64,000 nt of DNA from contig NW_003314302.1 in assembly GCF_000143415.4 (NCBI RefSeq), forward strand, positions 995,820 to 1,059,819, given 5' to 3'. Numbering within the stretch: the first letter of the stretch is position 1; each line of letters starts with the position of its first letter. The notes beneath the pieces are model-generated. The model was not told the origin of the DNA, did not search any database, and saw nothing but the letters and a program-made list of their open reading frames with translations. Position numbers and translations under genes: made by a program. The DNA is from Selaginella moellendorffii. Lineage: Eukaryota; Plantae; Lycopodiophyta. Of the stretch, positions 61,810-64,000 are shown piece by piece.

Positions 61810-64000
61810 CTATGGCATTCTTGTCAATAGTTCATGAAGCTTATGATTGAGACGTTCACCTTCTTCAATAGAGCCTTTGGAGCTCAGGGGGCTGGCGACA
61901 TGCTCCTTCTCCGCCAGAACTTGAGTCTTCGTCGTGGTACTTACCATCTCCGTTTCATGCTCAATACTGCTGCTGTCATCGTTCTGCTCCAGTTTCTCGT
62001 ACTCCGAGAACGTCAGCTTCCTGATTTCATTATAGATGCTCTCCACGTCCAAAGTGGGACTGCTCAGCTTCGCTGTGGCTGCTGCGTTCTCTTCCATCAG
62101 GTCTTTGGTGATGTCTATCTCGTCCAGAGCATCCTTGATACCGGCGAGTGCATCATTCTGGGACGAAGCTGAAGATGACGGGGGAGACATGTTGTACTCT
62201 CCGGATCGAAGGCCCAGGTAGTATTCGTACAATCCTGGTCTTGGCGAGTGACCCTTTCCCGCAAGTTTTGCAGGTGCTGCGGTGGCACTGGATTGCTTAT
62301 TGGCTTCAACACCTGCATGCTCACAAGTCATTTGGTGCAAAGAGCGTTTGCAAACTCGGCAACTTACAGGAAAGAATTGTTTCAAGGTGAGTTGACGTTC
62401 TTAGCTCTTCGAGGTTTTCACTTTGAGTTGACAAGATTTCATCAGTCTTCTCTTCTTTGCCAGGTTCCGGTTCGTTCTGCCAAAAGCGAAAAAACAGTGA
62501 TCTATCTATCTAGATGCGATTTCAGTGGCGTACCTTAGCTTGGTCCGGAATTGTGTCGGATGTCTTTTTTTCTTCGTCTCGCACAAGGTCGTGGTGAGTG
62601 ACAGCCTTTTCCGCTAACTCACTGGTCACTCTCTGCACAATGGCTTTCAGAGCAGCTGCCGCAGACGCCGAAAGCAAATCGCCTTCCTCGTCTCCAACAC
62701 CGAACGAAGCTCTTGTCGACAGAGCCGGTGATTTAGACGAGGCTCTGCTTCCCGCAGCTGGCGAAGGCGCATATGGCGAGACTTTTCCATTTCTCTCGGA
62801 TACAGCCGGTGAACTTTTGCTATCTTTCAACGAAGCCAACGAGGCCCTCGACGTGTTTTTGCTCGAGCTATCTGCGGCGATGTCAGCTGGAACGGTCTGG
62901 GACTTGAAAACCTCGGGAAGTGGAGCAGGTGAAGCGCTCCTGCTGCTATGTCTCTTGGCGATCTCGACTGCCACAGCCGGTGAGGAATGTCTACTAGCCT
63001 GACTTATAATCTGTGCCGGCGACGGGCTTCTGCTAACATGCCTCCTGAAACTACTCAACAGTTGCCTAGGAGAGGATGCTCTGGATTCTACGTCTGCATG
63101 CGCTGGTGATGGTGCTCGAGACGATGCTTTCGACTCTGCAGCAGAATGCAACACCGGTGCCAGCGACAAACCTCTAGACTCGAGGGTGGTGATCTTTGGT
63201 GATGAACCTCTGCACTCGCAAACCAGTGGCCGAGGAGCGGGCGATGGTGTCCTGCTGCTAAGTCTCCTCAAAGTGGAGTTTGCACTCTCTTCCAACTTTT
63301 CCTGACTGACAACCGGAACTTCAGCCGCAGGTACTTCGGATGGCGGCGATGGAGCTCGCGGCGATGGAGCTCTTGACGAGGCTCTGGATGAAGCTCTCGA
63401 CTCGGCGGCTAAGGCTGCCGAGGCAACGAGATCGTCGGGAGGAAGAAGCTCTTGTGAAGCCGCGACGATCGGCTCAGCGGCAGGAGAAGCTGCAGTGCTT
63501 TTCGGTGTCGAGGCTCGGGAATCCGTGACGTTTGGCTGCGGAGCTGGTGTTCTGATAAGCTGCTGTCTCCTCGCCGAGAGTAACGAAGAGGTACTAGTGA
63601 AGTTTATATTCACTGCTACATTCCTCTCCTCCAACTTCTCTATCACCGATTGACAGGAGTAGCAGAGTTGGAACTCGGGTGGTGGCGATGGAGCTCTGAT
63701 CAATCCAGCAGCAGTGGAAGTATCCAAAGCAGGCTCCAGGATCTCGGCCTCCAAAACTTGGGCGGTTTCCACAACCTCGGCAGTGTCCACTACTTCGGCA
63801 GTAGCGGAGGAATCCAAGCCAGGCTCGGCGAATTCAGCAGCAGCTGGGAAGTCCCCGGAGTCGAGAGTAGCGGCGGATTGCACGTCACTTCCAAGTTGCG
63901 TCGCGATTGAATCGCTCGTAGGCCGGGGCGAAGAACTGGAATCTCTGAAACTCGGGCCAATCTGTGGCCGTGGAGCCGGCGAGGGCGATCGAGCGGCGAC
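61810..64000 (-). CDS. Large Ser/Ala/Pro-rich protein, multi-exon, starting beyond the window end
   Basis: ORFs 62522-63883 and 61810-62385 with repeated SRAPSP motifs and GT-AG junctions between them. Confidence 0.6.

Overview
Eukaryotic plant nuclear DNA, most likely a lycophyte such as Selaginella. This is inferred from the ~50-nt introns, very dense gene packing, GC-rich intronless PLS-class PPR genes and a Tctex-1 dynein light chain. The left half (1-~30.3 kb) is transposon DNA. It begins with the 3' end of an LTR retroelement. Next is a ~10-kb DNA-transposon-like element carrying two divergent, recently stop-codon-inactivated genes: a Sola-like DDD transposase and a ParB/DGQHR-domain + DNA-methyltransferase-fold protein. 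That element is tiled with ~17 copies of a 22-bp pseudo-palindrome (ATGGCRTG-W-GGCC-W-CAYGCCAT), mostly in introns and UTRs, in clusters roughly every 1.2-1.6 kb. After it come a multi-level nest of LTR elements including 5S-bearing Cassandra TRIMs, a compact Gag-integrase element and a copia remnant. The right half is gene-dense: three PPR genes, a SIVA-like zinc-finger gene, a divergent CDC48, an Ala/Glu/Pro-rich gene with an ABRE-rich promoter, NEDD1, plastid RPL6, a D-arm-less tRNA-Ile, Tctex-1, a NILR1-like LRR-RLK, two trypsin-like (pseudo)genes, a second N6/N4 DNA-methyltransferase remnant interrupted by a 25S rRNA fragment, and unknown genes. The best candidate for an undescribed system is the ParB/MTase-fold + parS-like palindrome transposon. 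All family assignments were made by eye from motifs and need HMM or structure confirmation.
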